A stretch of 64,000 nt of DNA from Mycoplasma sp. CAG:776 (GTDB taxonomy: Bacteria > Bacillota_I > Bacilli_A > RF39 > UBA660), in NCBI GenBank assembly GCA_000438195.1, contig FR903078.1, positions 73,845 through 137,844 on the forward strand, written 5' to 3'. Below, piece after piece: positions 1 to 8,461 of the stretch. Every line of letters begins with the position of its first letter. Within the stretch, counting starts at the first letter, position 1. The notes under the pieces are model-generated. The model ran no database searches, was not told the origin of the DNA, and worked only from the letters and a program-made list of their open reading frames with translations. Made by a program: the position numbers and the translations under genes.

Positions 1-711
1 ATTCATTAATGGTTGCATTAAACCAGATAGAAACTGACTCTTTAAATTGGCATCATATACAGCATCGTTTAAATAATCAAACTCTTTACTAGCTTCTTTT
101 TTACCATTATAGGCTTTTACCACATTTAAAGAGGAATATACTTCTTCAATATGATCGTTTAATCTTCCTAATTCAGTTTGACGTTTATCAAAATATTTTT
201 GAGATTTTAACATAATTACAAACATAAAACTAAATCCTATTAAAGATGCTAAAATTGCCGTTAGAGCCATTATCCAGTTTGTCACAAACATCATAATGAT
301 CGTTCCTATAAATAAAGTAATTGCTCCGATTAAAGCTGCTAAACTTTGATTCATGGACTGACCTATGGTATCAATATCATTCGTTACTCGCGATAATACA
401 TCTCCATAACTATGTTCATCAAAATATTTTAGTGGTAAATGGTTAATTTTTTTAGAAATCTTTTCTCTTAATTCTCTAGCAAATTTATTGGCGATAGTGG
501 CCATAATAAAGCCAGAAATAAAATTAAATAGAGCACTAAATAAATATAGTATTAAAAGAAATAGGGCAATACTAGCAACCGCTTTTAAATCAATTCCAGT
601 TAGTAATCCTTCGGTAATAATATCCGTTAGATCCGATAATTTATTAGGTCCAATAATGGATAATATTGAACTTAAAGCGGAGATAATAAAGGCAATAACA
701 ATTGCTGGCAT
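1..711 (-). CDS. ABC exporter subunit (second of a pair), N-terminal transmembrane domain; partial, continues past coordinate 1
   Basis: Minus-strand hand translation gives ...GNNEKPKDLALGTKKLIQYLRVFMPAIVIAF...LKYFDEHSYGDVLSRVTNDIDTIGQS...LNVVKAYNGKKEA, typical of a type-I ABC exporter TMD. The first in-frame ATG is at 711, but the frame stays open upstream to about 840 with no ATG/GTG/TTG. Confidence 0.6.
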   Translation of the reverse strand, partial: MPAIVIAFIISALSSILSIIGPNKLSDLTDIITEGLLTGIDLKAVASIALFLLILYLFSALFNFISGFIMATIANKFARELREKISKKINHLPLKYFDEHSYGDVLSRVTNDIDTIGQSMNQSLAALIGAITLFIGTIIMMFVTNWIMALTAILASLIGFSFMFVIMLKSQKYFDKRQTELGRLNDHIEEVYSSLNVVKAYNGKKEASKEFDYLNDAVYDANLKSQFLSGLMQPLMN

Positions 712-752
712 AAATACTCGTAAGTATTGAATTAATTTTTTTGTACCTAATG

Positions 753-1706
753 CTAAATCTTTAGGCTTTTCATTGTTGCCGATACACTTGCTCTTGGATA
801 CATAATGAAAATCATAGATAACATTAAGAATGCCATAATTACTTGCATTGCATAACTTGAAAATACAACCATATTACTAAATATGTCTATTTTATCTAAC
901 ATACCAGCTTCATTAATTAAACTCGCTCCTATAAAATAAATTCCTAAAGTTAATAAATTCATGATTAAATACATAACCGGTGACATTATAGACATCATTC
1001 GTTGATTAAACATTTGAATTTTCGTTAATTCTTTATTTTCTTTATCAAATTTCTTCTCTTGATATCCTTCCGCATTAAAAGCTCGTACTACACGAATGCC
1101 TGTTAGTTGTTCTCTGGTTGTATTATTAATTTTATCAATTAATTTTTGAACTTTCTTAAATTTTGGAATTACTAAAATCATCATTAGTACAACCATAAAT
1201 AATAAAACAAATACTGCAATACCTGTTATTAAACTCCATTGCCATCCTTTATTTAAAATCTTAAAAATAGCCCATATTGCGGTAATTGGAGCTTTAATTA
1301 ATAACTGAAGTCCCATAGATAATAACATTTGAACATTCGTGATGTCATTTGTTGTTCTGGTAATTAAACTACTTGTTGAAAATTTCTTAATCTCTTCCAT
1401 CCCAAAATTTTCTACATTATCATATAACTTTTTACGAATATTGGATGAGAATTTTGCTGAAATCATAGAAGTAATGTATCCAACAATTACTGCCGATATT
1501 AAACTTCCTCCAGCACATAAAAGCATATATCCGCCATTTTTTAAGATACCTCCTAAGGCTCCTTCTTCACTTTGGATTAAACTCGTAATATTTGCCATAT
1601 AATCAGGTAATTTTAAATCTAGCCAAACTTGGAAGACAATTAAAATAGTACTGATTAATATTAAAGCATAGTCTTTTTTGGTTAAGTTTTTTAATAATTT
1701 AAACAT
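753..1706 (-). CDS. ABC exporter subunit (first of a pair), transmembrane domain only; ATPase domain missing (truncated)
   Basis: 317-aa ORF with six-TM exporter features (ITRTTNDITNVQ, RVVRAFNAEGYQ). It ends ...YPRASVSATMKSLKI* exactly where the linker into the nucleotide-binding domain should start. No Walker A, signature or Walker B motif follows. Confidence 0.6.
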   Translation of the reverse strand: MFKLLKNLTKKDYALILISTILIVFQVWLDLKLPDYMANITSLIQSEEGALGGILKNGGYMLLCAGGSLISAVIVGYITSMISAKFSSNIRKKLYDNVENFGMEEIKKFSTSSLITRTTNDITNVQMLLSMGLQLLIKAPITAIWAIFKILNKGWQWSLITGIAVFVLLFMVVLMMILVIPKFKKVQKLIDKINNTTREQLTGIRVVRAFNAEGYQEKKFDKENKELTKIQMFNQRMMSIMSPVMYLIMNLLTLGIYFIGASLINEAGMLDKIDIFSNMVVFSSYAMQVIMAFLMLSMIFIMYPRASVSATMKSLKI

Positions 1707-2151
1707 TTTTTTCTCCTCTCATTATCATATTTTCTTCCATTTTTCTTAAAATATTAAAAAAACAAGCTAACTCATGATCTGATATGTTATGAAGCAATTC
1801 TTCGTTGATTGTTTGGAAGTTTTTTTCTAGTTCTTGAAATCTAGTAAGACTCGTATTTGTTAAAACAATTCTTTTTATTCGAGCATCTTCTGGTACGCTT
1901 ACTCTTTTTATTAACTCACTTTTTTCCATCGCAACCAAAACCTCTGAAATTGTTGCTTTACTTACATTTAAATGTTCTTCTAAATCTCTTTGACAAATTT
2001 TTTCTTCTTTATGATCTAAGATATATTTTAACACTTTACCTTGTAAAGGACTTGGTGGTTTTTTTATATCTAATAGTTTTGCTTCTTTAAATAATCTCTT
2101 CCCAATCTGAACCTCTAAATTCTTGATTTCTTCAATCACATTTGGCTTCAT
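1699..2151 (-). CDS. MarR-family transcriptional regulator
   Basis: 150 aa with a winged-HTH pattern (QRDLEEHLNVSKATISEVLVAMEKSELIKRVSVPEDARIKRIVLT). It overlaps the downstream ABC exporter gene by 8 nt, which is an operon arrangement. Confidence 0.8.
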   Translation of the reverse strand: MKPNVIEEIKNLEVQIGKRLFKEAKLLDIKKPPSPLQGKVLKYILDHKEEKICQRDLEEHLNVSKATISEVLVAMEKSELIKRVSVPEDARIKRIVLTNTSLTRFQELEKNFQTINEELLHNISDHELACFFNILRKMEENMIMRGEKNV

Positions 2152-2166
2152 AATTTCTCCTTTTTA

Positions 2167-2180
2167 GTTAGCTACCTAAC
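2167..2180. promoter_or_regulatory. Candidate MarR operator (inverted repeat GTTAG-CTAC-CTAAC)
   Basis: The inverted repeat lies immediately upstream of the marR-like start. The TACCTAAC half is repeated at 2212-2219. Confidence 0.3.
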
Positions 2181-2321
2181 AAATATACTCTTTTTCTTTG
2201 CTATTGTCAAGTACCTAACTATTTTAAAAATAAAAACTAGACACATTAAACATGTCCAATTAATTTATTATATTTATTGCTTAGATTGAATGAATAGTAT
2301 TATCCTTAAAACTTAACTTTT

Positions 2322-2869
2322 TTATTCCTTTTTTCTATATAATCTTTTCTCAAGAGCATATTTCTCAAAAGGAGATAGTTTATCTTCCTTTAAATCTTCT
2401 ATTTGGTACCAGTTTGCTCCCTCTGAATCTAGCTCATCAGTCTCCTCTTTCAATTCGCTATTTTTAATTTCAGCTCTATACAAAATTCCAATATGATGTA
2501 AATCTTCCCATATTTCTTCTTTTAATTATATCCATTCTACTTTATTATGCTCATGGGATAATTTGATTTTTCTTTAGTGGCATCTATCCCAAAACAATGT
2601 TCATAAACTAATCCAATATCGTTCCTCCAAATAAAATCCTTAGTTATATTAGGAACATGAATTGTACTAATTGATTGTAATTCTAACATGGAAGAATCTT
2701 GGCTTATTCCTGCCTCTTCTGAGGCTTCTCTTTTACATGCTTCTAAGAAAGTTTCACCTTCTTCTATCCCTCCAGCTATTCCTTACCATCTTTCGGTTTT
2801 CCTTGTTCGGCAAAAGATAGCATATATTAATTTTCCTTGTTTATCTTTCTTATATAGGAAAGCTAACAT
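2322..2869 (-). pseudogene. NUDIX hydrolase pseudogene (in-frame TAA plus frameshifts)
   Basis: Hand translation gives MLAFLYKKDKQGKLIYAIFCRTRKTERW*GIAGGIEEGETFLEACKREASEEAGI. This is an intact Nudix box (GX5EX7REUXEEXGU) interrupted by TAA at 2783-2785. The C-terminal part (...EWI.LKEEIWEDLHHIGILYRAEI...DKLSPFEKYALEKRLYRKKE*) lies in other frames. Confidence 0.7.
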
Positions 2870-2883
2870 TTGATGTGGTTGTC

Positions 2884-3381
2884 TCACATTTTGTCTCCTA
2901 ATTCTTTTATAATATGATGAGAAAAATATAAATCTTCTTTTAATAATATATTTTTTAAAAATGCTGGTCTAATATCAACACTATTTATTTCTGTTAAGGC
3001 TACCCACTTAAAATTTAATTTTATGATTCTTCCCTTATCATTTTCTATTAAACTAAAATCTTGAGTAGGTAATGGTTCTAAAGGCTCTACTAAATAGTAA
3101 AAAGAGAGTTCATGTACTTTTTCATATTTTTTATTTACAAAATAATTTTCTATAACTCCTAAATATTGCTTTATTTGAAAATTTGTTTCCGTTTCCTCTT
3201 TTAATTCTCTTATTAATGCTTCTTCACTTGTTTCATTCAATTCCACATACCCGCCTGGTAAGCAGAAAAAAGAAGTATCATCTGTACTAACCACTAAAAT
3301 TTGTTTGCCTCTTAAAATAACTGCTGCACTTCTCATTTTAAATTTATTCTCTTGACTACTTATTTTAATACTTTCTCGCAT
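2884..3381 (-). CDS. NUDIX hydrolase
   Basis: 165 aa with Nudix box LPGGYVELNETSEEALIRELKEETE. Confidence 0.85.
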   Translation of the reverse strand: MRESIKISSQENKFKMRSAAVILRGKQILVVSTDDTSFFCLPGGYVELNETSEEALIRELKEETETNFQIKQYLGVIENYFVNKKYEKVHELSFYYLVEPLEPLPTQDFSLIENDKGRIIKLNFKWVALTEINSVDIRPAFLKNILLKEDLYFSHHIIKELGDKM

Positions 3382-3565
3382 ATATTCCTCCTTGTATAAT
3401 TATACCATATTACTCATAAAATTTATTTTTAAGTAAATTATTTTAAGTTGAATAACAAGTTTTGGTTATTATTTTTACTTTTTGTATAATTAGTTTAAAG
3501 AGTATCATAATAATATTATAGTGAAATTATCCTTTACTATTTTTTAAGATAATCTATAAAAACTC

Positions 3566-3594
3566 TTGCAAAAATTAAAAAAATAAGTTATAAT
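3566..3594 (+). promoter_or_regulatory. Sigma-A type promoter for tRNA-Arg
   Basis: TTGCAA (3566-3571), a 17-nt spacer, then TATAAT (3589-3594). The tRNA starts 20 nt downstream. Confidence 0.6.
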
Positions 3595-3614
3595 CATTTA
3601 CAGCTAGTAATTAT

Positions 3615-3691
3615 GACCCCGTAGCTCAGCCGGATAGAGCAATCGCCTTCTAAGCGATCGGTCGGGCGTTCGAATCGCCCCGGAGTCACCA
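3615..3691 (+). tRNA. tRNA-Arg (anticodon TCT)
   Basis: Cloverleaf folded by hand: acceptor GACCCCG/CGGAGTC (one C-A mismatch), anticodon arm ATCGC-CTTCTAA-GCGAT, T-arm GGGCG-TTCGAAT-CGCCC, encoded CCA. Confidence 0.9.
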
Positions 3692-3914
3692 CTTAGTTTA
3701 TAAAGCCTTTACGGGCTTTTTCTTTTGTTTTAAAAACGAACATTTGCTTAAAAACATTAAATTTAGTAACCACTTTAGTAACCACTTTTTTAAAAATAAT
3801 TTAAACTAATTTAATTTTTGAAATGTTTTTAATAAATCCTTATATTTTTAGAGATGTAATTTCTCTAATTATTTGGTTTGTATCAAAAAATGTACTGTTT
3901 AATTTCTAAACGAT

Positions 3915-3975
3915 AGATCGGGCGTTCGAATCGCCCCGAATAACCACTTAGTTTATAAAAGACTTTAGTGGTTTT
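3915..3975 (+). repeat. Partial duplicate of the tRNA-Arg 3' end plus its downstream flank (att-like direct repeat)
   Basis: ATCGGGCGTTCGAATCGCCCCGAATAACCACTTAGTTTATAAA repeats 3659-3706 (TCGGGCGTTCGAATCGCCCCGGAGTCACCACTTAGTTTATAAA) with a few mismatches. It lacks the 5' two-thirds of a tRNA. Confidence 0.8.
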
Positions 3976-4008
3976 TTTATTTAAAAAGAAACATGTATTT
4001 AATGTTTC

Positions 4009-4461
4009 TTATCTTGATTTATTTTTCTCATTTCTATTATTTAGTTCTTGTTCTTTCAATAATTTAAAGTCTATTATTTTTACTCGTAATTCATTTTCTA
4101 AGATTTTTAATTTCTTTAACAATTCTTCTTCTTTTTTCTTTTTTAAAAAAATTTTATATTTATTAATTATGATAGTACGTAAACGAGCTACTTCATCTAA
4201 AGCTAGCATTAAATTCGAACTTGTACTATCATCATCTAAATCGCTGTTTAAGAAAAAGCATTCTACTATTTTTTGATATTTTTTATTGAAGTTATGGCAA
4301 ATTAGATTTGATATAATTTCTGGATTTACAATTATTACTTCTTTTATTTTAAGAAAACTATCTCTATTTGATTTTATTCGATAATGAAATCCTTTAATAT
4401 TATAATCAAAACTTTCTAATTCATAATTAGAATTTAATTTTTTTAAACAATAACTTTTCAT
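4009..4461 (-). CDS. Hypothetical protein, Lys/Glu-rich and probably coiled-coil C-terminus
   Basis: 150-aa ORF. RBS AGGTGAG lies 4 nt after the trmD stop, consistent with co-transcription with rimM-trmD. Confidence 0.55.
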   Translation of the reverse strand: MKSYCLKKLNSNYELESFDYNIKGFHYRIKSNRDSFLKIKEVIIVNPEIISNLICHNFNKKYQKIVECFFLNSDLDDDSTSSNLMLALDEVARLRTIIINKYKIFLKKKKEEELLKKLKILENELRVKIIDFKLLKEQELNNRNEKNKSR

Positions 4462-4464
4462 AAC

Positions 4465-5133
4465 TCACCTACTTAATAAATCTGGCCTTTTTTCCTTTGT
4501 TATTCTTATTTGTTCGCTTTTGCGATATTCTGCTATCTTTTTATGATCGCCATTTAAAAGAACTTCTGGCACTTTTAATCCTCTGAATTCTCTTGGCTTT
4601 GTATAAACAGGATAATCTAATAGATTCTCTTTAAAGGATTCATTTTGAAACGATTCTGCATCAATTACTCCTGGTATAAATCTGGTTATACAATCAGCTA
4701 TTGCCATTGCTGGTATTTCTCCTCCTGTTAAAACATAATCGCCAATACTAATCTCGCCATCGACAAAGTTTTTAATTCTTTCATCAAATCCCTCGTAATG
4801 ACCACATACTAAAATTAAATGTTTTGTTTTTTGATAAATTGCTCCTGCTAATTGATCGTGAAATACTTCCCCGCTTGGAGACATTAAATATACTAATGAC
4901 TGTTCTGTTCTTACAGATTCAATTGCTCTTACTACTGGTTCACACATTAGAACCATGCCACTACCTCCGCCATAGGGAGTATCATCTACTTGACCATTTT
5001 TTAAAAGAGTAAAGTCACGTATATTTATTAGATTTATTTCTACTAAACCTTTTTCAATTGCTCTTTTAATTATGCTTTCATTTATAAATCCTTCAAACAT
5101 TTTAGGAAATAAAGTTAGAATATCAATTTTCAT
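4465..5133 (-). CDS. trmD: tRNA (guanine37-N1)-methyltransferase
   Basis: 222 aa with TrmD hallmarks (IDILTLFP, DDTPYGGGSGMVL, CGHYEGFDERI, ISIGDYVLTGGE). Confidence 0.95.
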   Translation of the reverse strand: MKIDILTLFPKMFEGFINESIIKRAIEKGLVEINLINIRDFTLLKNGQVDDTPYGGGSGMVLMCEPVVRAIESVRTEQSLVYLMSPSGEVFHDQLAGAIYQKTKHLILVCGHYEGFDERIKNFVDGEISIGDYVLTGGEIPAMAIADCITRFIPGVIDAESFQNESFKENLLDYPVYTKPREFRGLKVPEVLLNGDHKKIAEYRKSEQIRITKEKRPDLLSR

Positions 5134-5621
5134 AATATCAAATCCTTAGCATTTTCTGTATCAATTTCTTTTGTTTCTAAATTTACTCGTTTTATATAAT
5201 AATTATTATAAGGAATATAATAGTTTTTGGCAAATGTTATTTGCAATAATTTCCCAGCTTTGTTATCTATAATATCTTTTACAACGCCTAAGTATTCATT
5301 ATTACAAATAATTTTCATTCCAATTAAATCTTCTAATAAATATTCATCTTTTTTTAAATTTAAATCCTCTTTATTAATATATACTTTTTGGCCTTTATAC
5401 TTTAATACCATATTGATATCAAATATTCCTTCTAAAGTAATCATATCAAATCCTTTATGAGGGCGATAAGTATTAATTATGTGTTCTTCTAAATCTTCAC
5501 CTATATATATTTTAAATCCTTTTTTAAAAACAAGATTTTTTTCGGCAAAATCACTTAATAGTCTTACTTCTCCTTTTATACCATGTGTATTTACTATTTT
5601 TCCAATATAAATAAAATTCAT
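5130..5621 (-). CDS. rimM: 16S rRNA processing protein RimM
   Basis: 163 aa; N-terminal IGKIVNTHGIKGEVRL motif. It overlaps trmD by 4 nt, the conserved rimM-trmD order. Confidence 0.9.
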   Translation of the reverse strand: MNFIYIGKIVNTHGIKGEVRLLSDFAEKNLVFKKGFKIYIGEDLEEHIINTYRPHKGFDMITLEGIFDINMVLKYKGQKVYINKEDLNLKKDEYLLEDLIGMKIICNNEYLGVVKDIIDNKAGKLLQITFAKNYYIPYNNYYIKRVNLETKEIDTENAKDLIL

Positions 5622-5959
5622 TTCCTTGCTCGCTTTCTAGAAATCCCATTTTCATATAGTCTAAAATAAACTTCATATCGAATATCTTCTCTAATTATGG
5701 GATTAATATATCGAACGTCATACCCTTTTTCTTTTAAAGCTTGAATTAATATAGTTACATATTCTTTCCAACTTAAATTACTAATTCTTGTAATAGGTTT
5801 TCCATGATACGTTATTTTTTCTAAACACTGATATGATAAAATAATATGATTATCTAAATTTGCAACGATTTCTAGTTCTTCTCCACAGTCAATATGATGT
5901 TGAAGAAATGACTTAACAAGATTATTTGCTTCTCCTTCTGTTATCTTTATTGGTTTCAT
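5618..5959 (-). CDS. Hypothetical protein (occupies the ylqD-like position upstream of rimM)
   Basis: 113-aa ORF translationally coupled (4-nt overlaps) to both neighbours. I recognise no motif. Confidence 0.6.
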   Translation of the reverse strand: MKPIKITEGEANNLVKSFLQHHIDCGEELEIVANLDNHIILSYQCLEKITYHGKPITRISNLSWKEYVTILIQALKEKGYDVRYINPIIREDIRYEVYFRLYENGISRKRARK

Positions 5960-6675
5960 TTTGTTACCTCATAAAAAATAATACTTGCTGCTACACCTGC
6001 ATTTAGACTTTCACAATTAATAGGGATATGAATCATACTATCACATAACATTTTTAATTCTTCTTTCATTCCTTGTCCTTCATTTCCAATTATAATAGCT
6101 GTTTTATCATTGAATGTAATTTCTTTTAGCACTTTTCCTTTTATAACATCTGTTCCATATATCATATATTTTTTTTCTTTAAGTTCTTTTATGGCATCTT
6201 TTAAATCCATACGAATAATATTTATATGAAATAACATTCCTTCACTCGCTCTTATTACTTTATCATTATATAAATCGACCGAATCATTACTTAAAATAAT
6301 TGTTTTAATATCAAAAGCAACAGCGCTTCTTATAATTGTTCCTAAATTTCCTGGATCTTGAATGTTATCTAAAAGACAGACATTTCCACAAATTTCTTTT
6401 TCAGGCAATTTTTTACATACACCAATTACTTTAGTTCCATTTATTTGGTTTGATATTTTTTTTATAATCGCTGGAGTTACTAGATAAAAAGGAATGTCTG
6501 GTATCTTTAGTGTTTCATCAGTAGAAATAATTTCTTTTACTACCCCTTTTACCATTGCACTATTCATTAAATGGTCGCCTTCCACAAGAAAGTATCCTGT
6601 TTCATCACGATATTTTTTTTCTTTTAATTTAGACCATTCTTTTACTTTACTATTATTTAAAGACTCTATTTTCAT
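5956..6675 (-). CDS. TrmH/SpoU-family RNA 2'-O-methyltransferase
   Basis: 239 aa; SpoU motifs LDNIQDPGNLGTIIRSA, IIGNEGQGM, IPINCESLNAGVAASIIFYE. Confidence 0.85.
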   Translation of the reverse strand: MKIESLNNSKVKEWSKLKEKKYRDETGYFLVEGDHLMNSAMVKGVVKEIISTDETLKIPDIPFYLVTPAIIKKISNQINGTKVIGVCKKLPEKEICGNVCLLDNIQDPGNLGTIIRSAVAFDIKTIILSNDSVDLYNDKVIRASEGMLFHINIIRMDLKDAIKELKEKKYMIYGTDVIKGKVLKEITFNDKTAIIIGNEGQGMKEELKMLCDSMIHIPINCESLNAGVAASIIFYEVTK

Positions 6676-7316
6676 TCTTCTCTTAGCTCCTTTCTTGCTT
6701 TTTTATATTCTGGATAATAAATACTTACTAAATTCCAAAAAGAAGAACTATGATCATGATGAGTAAAATGACTAAATTCATGGACAATTACATAATCAAT
6801 AATATCTCTATCGTATTTTATTAATTCTGAATTTAATGTAACTATTTTTTTCATGTAATTACATACTCCCCATCTTGTTTTCATCTTCCTTATTCTTAAA
6901 GTAAATAAGGGAATATTAGGCATTATTTTCAATATTTTATCAATCTCTTCTTGAAATACTTTTCTCGTTAATTCTATTCTATATTTTTCTAAAGTTAATT
7001 TATTTTTGACATAAATAACCCCATTATCTATTACAATATCTTGGTAGGATTCATCTAAGCATATTTCATATTTTAAACCTAGCAATCTTATTTCACCCGC
7101 TTGATCTTGTTTTTTCTTATTTCGCTTCATCAATCTTATTAAAGACTTTTCATTTTCTTTTACTAATTTTATAATCTTTTTCTTACTAATTCTTGGGTGA
7201 ACTGTAATTATTAGATTTCCTTCTGAATCAAAGCGAAAATATATGTTTTTGTTATTTTTGTAAATGATTTTCACTTTTACTAGTTCATCATTTAAATATA
7301 CTTCTAGTTCTTCCAT
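6672..7316 (-). CDS. YgjP-like (DUF45/M48-type) metal-dependent hydrolase
   Basis: 214 aa; RWGVC...VIVHEFSHFTHHDHSSSFW matches the HExxH...H..FW signature of this family. Confidence 0.8.
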   Translation of the reverse strand: MEELEVYLNDELVKVKIIYKNNKNIYFRFDSEGNLIITVHPRISKKKIIKLVKENEKSLIRLMKRNKKKQDQAGEIRLLGLKYEICLDESYQDIVIDNGVIYVKNKLTLEKYRIELTRKVFQEEIDKILKIMPNIPLFTLRIRKMKTRWGVCNYMKKIVTLNSELIKYDRDIIDYVIVHEFSHFTHHDHSSSFWNLVSIYYPEYKKARKELREE

Positions 7317-8461
7317 TAGCCAAACAACACTTTCTCACTTTTATATTGTTTAATAATTACTTTTAAAATTATAGCAATAATAATAATTGTTGATATTAGC
7401 ATTAAAATAATATGTAAATAATTAACCGTACCATTTGTAATATCAGTAAATATTAAAGTGTAATTTAAAAATGGTATTATAGCATATAAATTACTAGAAC
7501 TAATTCCAACCATAAAAGCAATCATTCCTGGAAAAAAAGAAATAAAAGTAAGCGGAGTTAAAGCACTTTGAGCTTCTTTAAAAGTTTTTGATTTACTAGC
7601 AATGGCAATACATAAACCACTAATTAAGAAAGAATACGTTATAATGACTACTATAGCAAAAATTAAACTAGATAATGGTAACATCAAGTTTAGGCCTTCA
7701 TAAATACTAAATATATTGTTAGCTATCTTTAAAGAAATTACTGCGAGAATTAAACTTATGACTCCAGTAATTATAGAAGATAAAGTAACACTCAAAAATT
7801 TACCAATAATAATATCTTTACTTTTTATCGGGAACGTTAAAAGAGTTTCTAAAGTTCCTCTTTCTTTTTCGCCAGCCGTAGCATCTGTTGCGGGATAAGT
7901 TGCCGATACCGTTATAGCCATTATAATAAAGAGAAAACCATAATTCATAACATATTTGGCAAAAAAGTTATCTTGAGCAACAATATTTTTTTCTACAGTA
8001 ATAATATTCATTACTTCTTCAGAATTAACATTGTGAGTTGCTAAATATTCAGTTTGTAAGTATTCTTTATAAGTATTATAAAAATTTTCTACTAAATTTG
8101 CAGCATAAGTAGTTGTATCGGAATCATCACCATTAATTATATAGTTATTATCTTTTTTTGTTATATATAAATTAATTTCACCATTCTCAAATTTTTCTTT
8201 TAAATTTTCTTCCGTATCTTTTATAATATCAATTTCAAAATTTTCGGCAATTAATTCTTCTTCCTTACTTAATTCATAACTAAAGCCAATTTTATTATAA
8301 TCTGTAATTGACATATTCATCTCATTTTCAAATAATGCTGACATACCAATAATTAATAAAGGAATAAAAATGGGTATTACCAGCATCATACTTAATGATT
8401 TTTTATCTCGAAACATTTCTCTAATTTCTTTTTTTAAAATATTCCAAATATTATTTTTCAT
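7316..8461 (-). CDS. ABC-2 type transporter permease (NatB-like)
   Basis: 381 aa with an N-terminal TM, a large extracytoplasmic loop and a C-terminal 5-TM bundle. It is coupled to the upstream ATPase gene. Confidence 0.8.
   Translation of the reverse strand: MKNNIWNILKKEIREMFRDKKSLSMMLVIPIFIPLLIIGMSALFENEMNMSITDYNKIGFSYELSKEEELIAENFEIDIIKDTEENLKEKFENGEINLYITKKDNNYIINGDDSDTTTYAANLVENFYNTYKEYLQTEYLATHNVNSEEVMNIITVEKNIVAQDNFFAKYVMNYGFLFIIMAITVSATYPATDATAGEKERGTLETLLTFPIKSKDIIIGKFLSVTLSSIITGVISLILAVISLKIANNIFSIYEGLNLMLPLSSLIFAIVVIITYSFLISGLCIAIASKSKTFKEAQSALTPLTFISFFPGMIAFMVGISSSNLYAIIPFLNYTLIFTDITNGTVNYLHIILMLISTIIIIAIILKVIIKQYKSEKVLFG

Noticed and set aside
488-730. Plus-strand ORF-track entries antisense to clear minus-strand genes. 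Examples: 488-730, 1339-1602, 1857-2090, 4824-5012, 5227-5460, 6494-6766, 7716-7898, 13737-14024, 14956-15270, 16655-17003, 19175-19363, 22837-23034, 24435-24665, 26133-26465, 29007-29369, 29622-29867, 29932-30246, 31078-31320, 32131-32331, 32888-33459, 34736-35152, 47040-47399, 48388-48585, 48777-49016, 52253-52456, 52877-53164, 55076-55534, 58391-58615, 60927-61121, 62481-62774.
   Set aside because: Each lies entirely inside, and antisense to, an ORF with strong family motifs. Their translations are low-complexity Leu/Phe/Ile/Ser strings, typical of the reverse frame of AT-rich genes. None has an RBS or recognisable motifs.
3968-4276. 102-aa plus-strand ORF starting at GTG in the duplicated tRNA flank
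   Set aside because: It is a low-complexity Phe/Ser/Lys translation with no RBS. It is antisense to the 4009-4461 ORF, which has an RBS and operon continuity with trmD. Neither strand has homology evidence, so my confidence in the minus-strand call is only moderate.
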